Part shown: piece after piece, positions 48,259 to 57,015 of the stretch
How the letters are laid out: each line of letters begins with the position of its first letter
Numbering within the stretch: the stretch's first letter is position 1
Source: Clostridia bacterium
Lineage (GTDB): Bacteria; Bacillota; Clostridia; UMGS1883; UMGS1540
NCBI GenBank assembly: GCA_017436645.1
Contig: JAFSCR010000031.1
Location: forward strand, 1,594 to 65,593
Direction: 5' to 3'
Length of the DNA stretch: 64,000 bases
Program-made: the position numbers and the translations under genes
The notes under the pieces: model-generated
What the model saw: only the letters and a program-made list of their open reading frames with translations
Databases searched by the model: none
What the model was told of the DNA's origin: nothing

Positions 48259-48287
48259 TTGACATTTATCTTCATTGGTTTTATAAT
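48259..48287 (+). promoter_or_regulatory. Sigma-A promoter TTGACA-17-TATAAT (drives the AraC gene at 48368)
   Basis: Perfect consensus hexamers with 17-nt spacer in the kdgK/AraC divergent region. Confidence 0.6.
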
Positions 48288-48367
48288 ATCAGTATACAGA
48301 TTTCCGTTCAACAAGTATATTTTGCAATTTGTCAAATATATTATGATTTTTATGGGGGAGAAACAGA

Positions 48368-49288
48368 ATGCCGGATATTTATGCAAGGCACCGAAAACAA
48401 TCCATACAGCTTGATGAAAGCTCGCAGCTTTCCGTTTTTCTGTCTGCATTACCCGCCAACACAGATGTTTTTGCCGAGCACCATCATACAGCCTTTGAAC
48501 TTACAATGATTCTTGCCGGCAGTGGGGTTTATGCCACAAAAAACAATGAATACAGTTTTCAGGAGGGAGATATATTCTTTTTCAGCACAGATGAAATTCA
48601 TTGGATACAGAAGCTGGATTCCGATGCGGAATTTATAAATATTCATTTTGAACCTCGTTTTATATGGTCTGAAAATTTTGGATTTTCCAACAAGGAACTG
48701 ATAAGGCTGTTTTTTAGCCATAAAAAAATCGAATTGAATCGAATTGCCAAGGGGACAGCTGCCGCTGATAGCATCAGCGCATTGATATTTAAAATTGAAA
48801 GAGAAATGACGGAACGTAAAAGTGCCTATGCGGCAATGGTTAAGGCATGCCTTGTCAGTATTTTGGTCGAAATGGTACGCGCATATGATGGACAGCTTTC
48901 TCGGGCGGAATTTTCTTACAGTGCCGAGTCGCTTAAATATATGGAGGCGGCGCTGAAGTATGTTGATGAGCATCTTGAAGATGATTTGACGCTTGAAAAA
49001 CTTGCGGCCGTTGCACACATGAGTAAAACATATTTTTGTGGCCAGTTTCGAAAGCTTAACGGTATTTCCCCGTGGGAATACATTACTATAAAACGGATTG
49101 AAAGAGCCATTCATTTGATTGAGACCACTAACCTATCACGCCTTGATGTTGCAATGCAGTGCGGTTTTAATAACACATCCAATTTTTATCATGCATTTAA
49201 AAAAGTTACGGGGAAAATGCCTACTGATTATAAAAAAATTGCATCGGATTATTTGGAAAAAACGAATGATAGAGAGACGATGCGCTAA
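48368..49288 (+). CDS. AraC family transcriptional regulator (cupin + HTH)
   Basis: C-terminal AraC HTH (…LAAVAHMSKTYFCGQFRKLNGISPWEY…). AT-rich. Confidence 0.8.
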   Translation: MPDIYARHRKQSIQLDESSQLSVFLSALPANTDVFAEHHHTAFELTMILAGSGVYATKNNEYSFQEGDIFFFSTDEIHWIQKLDSDAEFINIHFEPRFIWSENFGFSNKELIRLFFSHKKIELNRIAKGTAAADSISALIFKIEREMTERKSAYAAMVKACLVSILVEMVRAYDGQLSRAEFSYSAESLKYMEAALKYVDEHLEDDLTLEKLAAVAHMSKTYFCGQFRKLNGISPWEYITIKRIERAIHLIETTNLSRLDVAMQCGFNNTSNFYHAFKKVTGKMPTDYKKIASDYLEKTNDRETMR

Positions 49289-49316
49289 ATGAAAAAGTAA
49301 AATTACAGATAAAAGA

Positions 49317-49352
49317 CAGAAAAATCTCACGTAAGTGAGATTTTTCTGTTTA
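49317..49352. terminator. Bidirectional terminator (AGAAAAATCTCAC/GTGAGATTTTTCT)
   Basis: Perfect palindrome between convergent AraC genes. Confidence 0.75.
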
Positions 49353-49385
49353 GAGTCTATTTGCGTGGTGGTTCCCAATCTTTTG

Positions 49386-50246
49386 TCAGATGTTACATTT
49401 TCTATATTCCGTCGGGGACAGGTGTATTCTTTTTTTGAACGTTTTTATAAAATGGTTTATACTGTTAAACCCGCATTTAAATGCAACCTCACTTATAGGG
49501 ATATTTTGGGAACGAAGAATTTCCATAGCGGCTGAAATTCTGCGGGATATAACGAAATCATGCAAAGAGCAACCTAAATGTAATTTAAAGATTCTGTTCA
49601 GGTACGTACTGTTAAAATGAAATTCCGAGGAGAAAGTTTCGCTTGTCAGCGGTTTTTCATAGTTTTCGTTAATGTACTCTACAATTTTTTTTACGAGCGG
49701 GGCAACGTTTTTTTCTTTGTTTTCTTCATTCGTGTACTGACGGATGAGGGAAATGATTACCGCTTTTAAAAGCGTGGACAAAAGGGAATCCGTATACGGC
49801 GTGTGAAAACAATATTCCGTTGTGATTTGCTCCATCATTCTTTCAATGGAATTTGCCGACTGCACTACGACACATCGGTTCAAAAAGGGAAGATCTTCAA
49901 ACAATGGTCTTTCTATAATCTGTCTGTCTTCAAAAACGGCGCTGTGTATGGGGTGAAAAGTTTTATTAATGTGTGCATAATTATGGGTGTAATCGAAATT
50001 CACTGAATAGTATTTGACGTCTTTCGGAATCCAGATATATTCTGTTCCGGCTGAAAACAAAATGGCAGTCCCGGGGATGAGTGAATAAACTGTGCCTTCG
50101 ATTGTCATGGTGCCGCTGCCGGAAATGATGTAAAACAGCCTGCAGTCCACTGTTTTAATTTTGGTACGGATGTCTAAAAGGTTTGAATCGTTTAGTTTGC
50201 TGATGAGCGCCTGACGGACAAATGGATTTATTTCTTCAAAACGCAT
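49386..50246 (-). CDS. AraC family transcriptional regulator
   Basis: C-terminal AraC HTH (…SEVAFKCGFNSINHFIKTFKKRIHLSPTEY). Confidence 0.8.
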   Translation of the reverse strand: MRFEEINPFVRQALISKLNDSNLLDIRTKIKTVDCRLFYIISGSGTMTIEGTVYSLIPGTAILFSAGTEYIWIPKDVKYYSVNFDYTHNYAHINKTFHPIHSAVFEDRQIIERPLFEDLPFLNRCVVVQSANSIERMMEQITTEYCFHTPYTDSLLSTLLKAVIISLIRQYTNEENKEKNVAPLVKKIVEYINENYEKPLTSETFSSEFHFNSTYLNRIFKLHLGCSLHDFVISRRISAAMEILRSQNIPISEVAFKCGFNSINHFIKTFKKRIHLSPTEYRKCNI

Positions 50247-50369
50247 TTTGCATCACCTCTTGTTTTGAGTGTATCATAAAAGAATACTCTTGTAAACAGA
50301 AACAGCTTAATTACAGAAAAAAAGTATTTATAAAGTTTAAAAAAGATAAATCCAGGTGCTTTTTGTGCA

Positions 50370-50398
50370 TTGTAAGCGGAAGGACTATCCGTTATAAT
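50370..50398 (+). promoter_or_regulatory. Sigma-A promoter TTGTAA-17-TATAAT upstream of the Gfo/Idh/MocA gene
   Basis: Hexamers and 17-nt spacer read directly. ATG 27 nt downstream with RBS GGAGGG. Confidence 0.55.
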
Positions 50399-50424
50399 TG
50401 AATAAAAAACAGGAGGGATTTATT

Positions 50425-51627
50425 ATGAAACAGAAACTCACGATTGCACTGATTGGGTGCGGAAGCTTTGCAGAAGATTTTGTGGAGCTGTTTAAGAAGC
50501 ATCCCAATACGGAAAAGGTTTATGTCTGTGATCTTATTAGAGAAAGAGCAGAAGCGTTTTCAAAGCAGTTTGACTGCGAAATTATCGACACTTTTGAGGA
50601 TGTCCTTAAAAAAGAAGATGTGAACTGCATCTTAAACTTTACGAGAAGACATCAGCACGGCGATATCACCATTCGTGCCTTAAAAGCAGGTAAGCATGTA
50701 TATTCTTCCGTTCCCATGGCATCCAGCGTGGAGGAGTGCAAGGAAATTGTTGAACTGGTTAAAGATACAGGTCTTACCTATGTTATCGGTGAAACCTGCT
50801 ATTATTATCCTTGCGCAATGTTCTGCCGTGAGGCTTACAAAAATGGTAAAATCGGGAAATTCCAATACGGTGCCGCCCAGTACTACCATCACATCGACAG
50901 CATCAGTTACGGTAAAATAAAGGAAGAAAGAGGCATGCCGCCCCTTTTTTATCCAACACACTCTACTGCAATGATTCTGTCTGCTTGTGATTCCTATGTA
51001 AAGAGAGTCGTATGCTTTGGTTGCAAGACTGATGACGAAGCATTTTTGCCCGGCAACAACGAATGGGGCAATGAACATATTAATCAGTATGTACTTATGG
51101 AACTTGCAAACGGCGGTACTGCAAGAGTCACGGAAGCCCGCGGCTTCTCCTATGGTTCACCCAGCTCCTATATTTCCAATATGTACGGCACAAAGGGGAG
51201 TTACGAATTTTCCAATGCTCAGCATCTTTTCTTTGAAAGAGAGGATAACACAGAGAAAGATATTATCCATGTTACCGATGTCAGTGATTACGTAAATCCT
51301 GCCGACATGGTTAAAAACAAGCACTTGCCGGATTTTAAAGAAAAAGCGGCAAATTGGGAATGGCAGAGAAACTCCCCGGCAAAAGTTCAGGAAGAAGAAT
51401 ATAAAAGAGTGCCGGCCGAGTTTGAAGGGCTTCGAAACAGTCACATGGCTTCGCACCAGCTTTTGGTTGATGATTTTTGCACTTGTGCATTTGAAGGGAA
51501 GATGCCCGTATTAAATGCATGGTTTGCGGCAAGAAGCAACGTCCCCGGTCTTGTGGCGATCGAGTCTGCAAAACAAGGTGGTATACCGCTGGAAGTACCT
51601 GACTTTGGTGATGCACCTGTAAAGTAA
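50425..51627 (+). CDS. Gfo/Idh/MocA family oxidoreductase
   Basis: N-terminal Rossmann fold IALIGCGSFAEDF, family-typical C-terminal domain. Start set at MKQKL with RBS. Confidence 0.75.
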   Translation: MKQKLTIALIGCGSFAEDFVELFKKHPNTEKVYVCDLIRERAEAFSKQFDCEIIDTFEDVLKKEDVNCILNFTRRHQHGDITIRALKAGKHVYSSVPMASSVEECKEIVELVKDTGLTYVIGETCYYYPCAMFCREAYKNGKIGKFQYGAAQYYHHIDSISYGKIKEERGMPPLFYPTHSTAMILSACDSYVKRVVCFGCKTDDEAFLPGNNEWGNEHINQYVLMELANGGTARVTEARGFSYGSPSSYISNMYGTKGSYEFSNAQHLFFEREDNTEKDIIHVTDVSDYVNPADMVKNKHLPDFKEKAANWEWQRNSPAKVQEEEYKRVPAEFEGLRNSHMASHQLLVDDFCTCAFEGKMPVLNAWFAARSNVPGLVAIESAKQGGIPLEVPDFGDAPVK

Positions 51628-51639
51628 TGGAGTGATAAG

Positions 51640-52521
51640 ATGGGATATGTATTTTTGGCGATAGCACTTTTTGCAGGTATTACAAAAGGTTATTGCGGAA
51701 AAACTATCAGCCGAAGCATGGAAACATTCAGAGAGTGCATATTTATAAATTTGATGCGCATGCTTTTTTGCACGGTAGTCGGCTTTCTCCTTGCGCTTGT
51801 GAGATGTGGGTTTTCTGACTTCGCCGTCAGTTTTTCCGAAGTAAAAATTTATATTTTTGCCGGTGCTTGTATGATGACATTTTGTGCGGCATGGATGTAT
51901 GCATATAGAAATGAAGCCTACATGTTCCTCAGCATCTTTACGATGCTGGGAACAATTGTCACCTGTCTTTTAGATTATTTGATTTATAAGGCACCGATTC
52001 ATGTGTCGCAGTGGATTGGCATGGCGCTTTTGCTTCTTTCGGTCTTTATCATGGCCAATTATAATAAAGTCATAAAAGGCAAGCTTACCGGCCGTGGCTT
52101 ATTACTGCTTATCATTGGAAGCACAGGAGCGGCTCTTGCTGATTTTTCGCAAAAAATCTTTGTTCGTGAGATTGGGAAAAAGGCGGAAATATTCAATTTC
52201 TATATGTATGCGGTCGGATTTTTGCTTTTGGCGGTCATACTGACTCTGCAGAAAACCGGAAATGAAAAAAAGATAAAGCACATTTTCTTCGAGAAGAAAA
52301 GCGTGTGGATTTATTTTTGTATGGCTTTCTTTCTGTATCTAAATTCCGTTACCAAAACAATGGCGGCAGGTTTTTTGCCGTCGGCACAGATTTATCCTGT
52401 TTTACAAGGTGCCAACCTCATTTTGTCGGCACTGATGGCAAATTTTATTTTTAAAGAGAAAATGAACCGGAAAGGAGTACTTGGGATGACCATTGCCTTT
52501 CTGGGGCTTCTTTTGATGTAA
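51640..52521 (+). CDS. DMT superfamily membrane transporter (EamA/GlcU-like, about 10 TM, probable sugar permease)
   Basis: Two-repeat polytopic hydrophobic profile, 293 aa. Tight linkage to the oxidoreductase. Confidence 0.5.
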   Translation: MGYVFLAIALFAGITKGYCGKTISRSMETFRECIFINLMRMLFCTVVGFLLALVRCGFSDFAVSFSEVKIYIFAGACMMTFCAAWMYAYRNEAYMFLSIFTMLGTIVTCLLDYLIYKAPIHVSQWIGMALLLLSVFIMANYNKVIKGKLTGRGLLLLIIGSTGAALADFSQKIFVREIGKKAEIFNFYMYAVGFLLLAVILTLQKTGNEKKIKHIFFEKKSVWIYFCMAFFLYLNSVTKTMAAGFLPSAQIYPVLQGANLILSALMANFIFKEKMNRKGVLGMTIAFLGLLLM

Positions 52522-52528
52522 CCTTATT

Positions 52529-52566
52529 AAAAAGCCTTCAAGGGGTTTCCTTGAAGGCTTTTTTAA
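52529..52566 (+). terminator. Rho-independent terminator (AAAAGCCTTCAAGG/CCTTGAAGGCTTTTTT)
   Basis: Palindrome plus T-run after the transporter gene. Confidence 0.75.
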
Positions 52567-52583
52567 ACAGTTGGATAATATAT

Positions 52584-52612
52584 TTGACATATTTTCTGTT
52601 TAGACTTATAAT
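52584..52612 (+). promoter_or_regulatory. Sigma-A promoter TTGACA-17-TATAAT for feoAB
   Basis: Perfect consensus. Followed at 52628-52637 by the perfect palindrome CGCACGTGCG in the 5'UTR. Confidence 0.6.
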
Positions 52613-52714
52613 AAAAATATGCAAAAGCGCACGTGCGTTCTTATTTGACAAAAAGTGGCAATCTCCAGCCTCTTAGCATATTCTGGAAATGAGAATAAAA
52701 AGAAAAGAGGTGGT

Positions 52715-52945
52715 ATGATGCAACTTTCATCCCTCGCTCCGGGCGAGCAGGGCAGAGTTACATTTATTTCGGCCGAAGGTGATATGCGCCGGCGGCTTAT
52801 TGATATCGGTCTTATAGAAAACACGGAGGTTTCGTGCCTTGGCAGAAGTCCGCTCGGGGATCCTTCGGCGTATCTGATTCGAGGTGCTGTGATTGCGCTC
52901 AGAGATTCTGATGCAGACACAGTTTTTATAGAAAGAGAAGGGTAA
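52715..52945 (+). CDS. feoA: Ferrous iron transport protein A
   Basis: FeoA SH3-like domain (LAPGEQGRVTFISAEGDMRRRLIDIGLIEN). Start set at MMQL with RBS AGAGGTGG. Confidence 0.8.
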   Translation: MMQLSSLAPGEQGRVTFISAEGDMRRRLIDIGLIENTEVSCLGRSPLGDPSAYLIRGAVIALRDSDADTVFIEREG

Positions 52946-52947
52946 AT

Positions 52948-54849
52948 ATGGGTATTACAATGCAGTCTTCCACAAAAGATGCACGAATAAATACCCGCAG
53001 TATTGAGAAAAAAGAGGAAAGCGACCTTGTTGTTGCCCTTGTGGGAAATCCCAATGTGGGGAAGAGCACCGTGTTTAATGCGCTGACGGGCATGCACCAG
53101 CACACAGGGAATTGGACGGGAAAAACCGTCTCCATGGCCTCGGGGTATGTGAAAGCGTATGACAGAGGTTTTTGTCTTGTTGATTTACCCGGCTGTTACT
53201 CTCTTTTCGCACATTCCCGAGAGGAAGAAGTGGCAAGAGATTTTATACTGGAAGGCAATGCGGATGCTGTCATCGTCGTTTGTGACGGCACATGCCTTGA
53301 AAGAAATTTGATCCTTGCACTGCAGATTTTGTGTTTGACGAAAAATGTGGTGCTTTGTGTAAACCTCCTGGACGAGGCAAAAAAGAAACATATTGAAATT
53401 AATTTAAAGAAATTGGAAGAACTTTTAGGTATTCCCGTAATCGGGACAACGGCCCGAAAGAAAAAGGGACTTTCTAATCTTCTGCGCGCTGTTTTGAAAA
53501 TAAAAAAAAGACCGCCTGCAGACGTATGGAATCTTCCTGAAAATGCGGGCAGAAGCGAAGAAGAAACGGCAAGGGAAATTGTACGACATGCGGAAGAAAT
53601 AAGCCGTACGGTAAAAAATGAGGCCGGAGAGAGTGCCTATGCCAGAGACAGAAGGGTGGACAGGATTCTTACAAGCAAAGCCTTTGGCTTTCCCATTATG
53701 TTTTTGATGCTTCTCGGCATTTTTTGGCTGACGATAGAAGGGGCGAATTATCCTTCGAGCATACTATCGGAATTTTTATTCCGTTTTGAAACACCGCTTT
53801 TGCAGTTTTTAGATTTTTTACCTGCTCCACTTCCTGAAGTTCTCGTTTTGGGTGCATATCGTGTAACTGCCTGGGTCGTTTCCGTTATGCTTCCACCCAT
53901 GGCAATCTTCTTTCCGCTTTTCACGCTTTTAGAGGACCTTGGCTATTTGCCCAGAGTGGCGTTTAACCTTGATAAATGTTTTAAAAAATGCCGTGCCTGC
54001 GGTAAACAGGCACTTACTATGTGCATGGGCTTCGGGTGCAATGCGGCGGGCGTCGTCGGTTGCCGGATTATTGATTCGCCCAGAGAACGCCTCATTGCTA
54101 TATTAACGAATTCTTTCGTACCCTGTAACGGTCGATTCCCCTTTCTGGTAGCGGTTTTAACCATGTTTTTTGCCGGAAGCGGTTCCGTTTTATCGGCAGT
54201 AGGGCTTGCAGGATTCATTGTGCTTGGCGTTTTGATAACACTCCTTGTTTCTTATCTTTTGTCTGTAACGATTCTGAAAGGCGTTCCTTCTTCATTTACG
54301 CTTGAACTTCCGTCCTATCGGCGGCCGCAAATCGGAAGCGTGATTGTCCGCTCTGTTTTTGACAGAACCATCTTCGTTCTCGGTCGTGCACTCGTTTCGG
54401 CTGCACCTTGCGGCATCTTAATCTGGATATGTGCGAATGTAATGGTGGGCGATGCATCCATTTTAAAAATCTGTACGGACTTTTTAAATCCGTTTGCATC
54501 TCTTTTTGGACTTGACGGCGTCATTTTAATGGCGTTCATTTTAGGACTTCCTGCAAACGAAATCGTGCTGCCTATTATTGTGATGGCATATATGTCGGGC
54601 GGGACGCTCACGGGCATGGAGGACCTTATAGGGCTCAAAGCCTTGCTTTCGGCAAACGGGTGGACAGCTGTAACGGCAATATGCACCATGCTCTTTTCAC
54701 TTATGCATTGGCCATGTGCCACAACGCTTTTGACTGTGCGAAAAGAAACAGGAAGCTTATGGTGGACGGTTGCTGCCTTTCTGATTCCGACCATTGTCGG
54801 ATTTACAGCATGTTTTTTAGTAAACACAATCGAAAATATATTACTTTAA
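52948..54849 (+). CDS. feoB: Ferrous iron transport protein B
   Basis: G1 motif GNPNVGKST and the other G-domain motifs, followed by a polytopic membrane domain. Confidence 0.85.
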   Translation: MGITMQSSTKDARINTRSIEKKEESDLVVALVGNPNVGKSTVFNALTGMHQHTGNWTGKTVSMASGYVKAYDRGFCLVDLPGCYSLFAHSREEEVARDFILEGNADAVIVVCDGTCLERNLILALQILCLTKNVVLCVNLLDEAKKKHIEINLKKLEELLGIPVIGTTARKKKGLSNLLRAVLKIKKRPPADVWNLPENAGRSEEETAREIVRHAEEISRTVKNEAGESAYARDRRVDRILTSKAFGFPIMFLMLLGIFWLTIEGANYPSSILSEFLFRFETPLLQFLDFLPAPLPEVLVLGAYRVTAWVVSVMLPPMAIFFPLFTLLEDLGYLPRVAFNLDKCFKKCRACGKQALTMCMGFGCNAAGVVGCRIIDSPRERLIAILTNSFVPCNGRFPFLVAVLTMFFAGSGSVLSAVGLAGFIVLGVLITLLVSYLLSVTILKGVPSSFTLELPSYRRPQIGSVIVRSVFDRTIFVLGRALVSAAPCGILIWICANVMVGDASILKICTDFLNPFASLFGLDGVILMAFILGLPANEIVLPIIVMAYMSGGTLTGMEDLIGLKALLSANGWTAVTAICTMLFSLMHWPCATTLLTVRKETGSLWWTVAAFLIPTIVGFTACFLVNTIENILL

Positions 54850-54860
54850 GGAGAAACAAA

Positions 54861-55535
54861 ATGGATTTATCCAGAAGCGAAATTCTCTTGGGAAAACAGG
54901 GAATAGAAAAACTAAAGAATGGGCATGTTCTGATTTTTGGCGTTGGCGGTGTCGGCTCTTATGCGGCGGAGGCCATTGCCAGAAGCGGCGTGGGGGAGAT
55001 TACCTTAGTTGATTTTGACACCGTTTCCCCCTCAAATATCAATCGGCAGATTCCTGCATTGCAAAGTACGGTGGGCAAGAAAAAGGCAGAGGTTATGCGG
55101 GACAGAATTATGGATATTAATCCTGCCTGCAAAGTTTCTTTCATTGATGCATTTTGCACTCCCGATAATGTTGAGCGTTTGATTCCCATGGAATGCTCGT
55201 ATGTGATTGATGCGGTGGATACCGTTAGCGCAAAGCTTGCAATTATTGAAACCTGCGCTGAAAGAAATATTCCCGTAATCAGTTGTATGGGGGCAGGGAA
55301 TAAGCTGGACCCGACCCGTTTTGAGGTTTCTGATATTTTTAAAACCAGCGTATGCCCGCTTTGCCGTGTCATGCGTCGGGAACTGAAAAAACGAGGGATA
55401 GAAAAAGTGGATGTTGTTTATTCCCGGGAAGAGGCTGTAAAAACGGAGGACGGTGTAATCGGGAGCCTTCCGTTTGTGCCGAGTGTAGCGGGGCTTATAT
55501 TAGCCGGTCACGTTATAAAAAATATAACGAAATAA
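54861..55535 (+). CDS. tcdA: tRNA threonylcarbamoyladenosine dehydratase (ThiF/MoeB-like E1 fold)
   Basis: GVGGVGSYAAEAIARSGVGEITLVDFD Rossmann motif, TcdA/CsdL-like length. Start set at MDLSR with RBS AAGGAG. The ORF-track N-terminal extension overlaps feoB. Confidence 0.7.
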   Translation: MDLSRSEILLGKQGIEKLKNGHVLIFGVGGVGSYAAEAIARSGVGEITLVDFDTVSPSNINRQIPALQSTVGKKKAEVMRDRIMDINPACKVSFIDAFCTPDNVERLIPMECSYVIDAVDTVSAKLAIIETCAERNIPVISCMGAGNKLDPTRFEVSDIFKTSVCPLCRVMRRELKKRGIEKVDVVYSREEAVKTEDGVIGSLPFVPSVAGLILAGHVIKNITK

Positions 55536-55561
55536 AAAGAGGTGTTATACACCTCTTTTTA
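55534..55561. terminator. Bidirectional terminator (AGAGGTGT/ACACCTCT)
   Basis: Palindrome with flanking A-runs and T-runs between convergent tcdA and spoIIID. Confidence 0.7.
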
Positions 55562-55831
55562 TTATCCCGCATTTTTTTCAGCTAAATATTTCATTTTCGT
55601 TGCCTGACCGCCCCTGATGTGACGTTCCGACTTGTTTTCGTCTAAAATGGCACGAACAGCCAGAGCAAGACTAACGTTAATTCGGGGGAGTCTTTCCACT
55701 ATGTCTTTATGTACAGTCGACTTGGAAACGCTGTATTTCTTTGCGGCATCACGTACCGTAGCATTATTGTTTATTATATAGGTGGCAAGTTCGATGGCTC
55801 TGTCCTCTATATAATCCTTCAAATCCCTCAC
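55562..55831 (-). CDS. spoIIID: Sporulation transcriptional regulator SpoIIID
   Basis: Strong match to SpoIIID (…VSKSTVHKDIVERLPRIN…HIRGGQATKMKY). Confidence 0.9.
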   Translation of the reverse strand: MRDLKDYIEDRAIELATYIINNNATVRDAAKKYSVSKSTVHKDIVERLPRINVSLALAVRAILDENKSERHIRGGQATKMKYLAEKNAG

Positions 55832-55973
55832 GCTCCATCCCTAATACTTTGTTTCATCTTATGAGAGGGGAGGGGGAAGTATGCTAAGAAACGTGATTGT
55901 TTTTTTCGGAAAGATTGTCCTTTTTTAGAAAGCGCTTGTTTTTTGGGATTCCGTCTATAACCGGAATCTTTTT

Positions 55974-56960
55974 TTACGCCAGACTTTCATATTGTGAGAG
56001 ACTGCTTTTTAAAAGATCATGCATTTGTGAAACTACGCTTTGGGGTTCTAAAATTTTCGCCTTGTCGCCGAACCCGATAACCCACGATAGAAAATGGGGA
56101 CTGAGTGCTACTTTTGTGTGGCATATAAAATGGTCTTCGTCGTGTCTGATTATGGGAATATCCGTCCCGAACCTGTCAAGCACAACGCCCACAAGGTCGT
56201 TTGCAAACAAAATGGTAACATCCGATTCCTCACCGCCAAACATCTGGAACATGGTTTTTGAATATGCGGAAAGATCGAATGGTTTTTCTGAAAGAACACG
56301 GTCCTTTTCGGTGATGGTGATATCTTCCATTTTGTCAACACGGTAGTGGGTGTAATTATCATATTTTTCTTTATACGTTATCAGATAATAATTTTCATCA
56401 TCCCATGTAAGCGCCACCGGTGATTCTGTGTATAAACCGCCATCTTTGCGGTATACTTTGTTTTTCTTCACATCAAAACGAAAGTATTTAAACGTGATTT
56501 GCTTTCCCATGGCGATGGCATCATGGATTTTGTCCACGTTATAATAAATCTGCTCATTCAGGGTTTTTACGCGGTTTGAAATAAAGACCTGTCTTTGCAG
56601 TTTTTTTGCATTTTCACGGCTTGTCAATTTTTCAATTTTAGAAATAAGCTCCATACTTTTCTTGCTTGTAATAAACTTGGCGGACTGCACACTGTCAACA
56701 AGAAGCTTCAGCTCCGGCAGTTCAAAATCACGACTGCCGATATAATATCCCGTTGTGCGGGATTTTACAGAGCAAATGTCAAAACCAAATTGCTCTAAAT
56801 TGGCAAGATCATCATAGATGCTTTTTCGCTCAGCGGAAATGCCAACCCTGTCAAGTGCCTGAATCATTTCAGGAACGGAAATCGTGTGCTCCTCATCCGT
56901 TCTTTCCATTAGGATTTTGGCAAGATACAGCATTTTCAGCTTTTGATTGGACTGTTTCAT
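55974..56960 (-). CDS. WYL domain-containing transcriptional regulator (wHTH + WYL + C-terminal WCTD; YafY/PafC/DriD-like)
   Basis: N-terminal HTH (LKMLYLAKILMERTDEEHTISVPEMIQAL), central WYL-like beta-rich region, C-terminal extension. 328 aa. Confidence 0.6.
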   Translation of the reverse strand: MKQSNQKLKMLYLAKILMERTDEEHTISVPEMIQALDRVGISAERKSIYDDLANLEQFGFDICSVKSRTTGYYIGSRDFELPELKLLVDSVQSAKFITSKKSMELISKIEKLTSRENAKKLQRQVFISNRVKTLNEQIYYNVDKIHDAIAMGKQITFKYFRFDVKKNKVYRKDGGLYTESPVALTWDDENYYLITYKEKYDNYTHYRVDKMEDITITEKDRVLSEKPFDLSAYSKTMFQMFGGEESDVTILFANDLVGVVLDRFGTDIPIIRHDEDHFICHTKVALSPHFLSWVIGFGDKAKILEPQSVVSQMHDLLKSSLSQYESLA

Positions 56961-57015
56961 AAAAACGCCTCCATTTTACGATGAACTTTCATTGTTTTGC
57001 AGCCCTTTTAAAAAA

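Noticed and set aside
54660-54860. N-terminal 67-aa extension of the tcdA ORF overlapping feoB
   Set aside because: The extension has no homology, overlaps the feoB 3' end, and an internal ATG at 54861 has a perfect AAGGAG RBS. The true start is the internal one.
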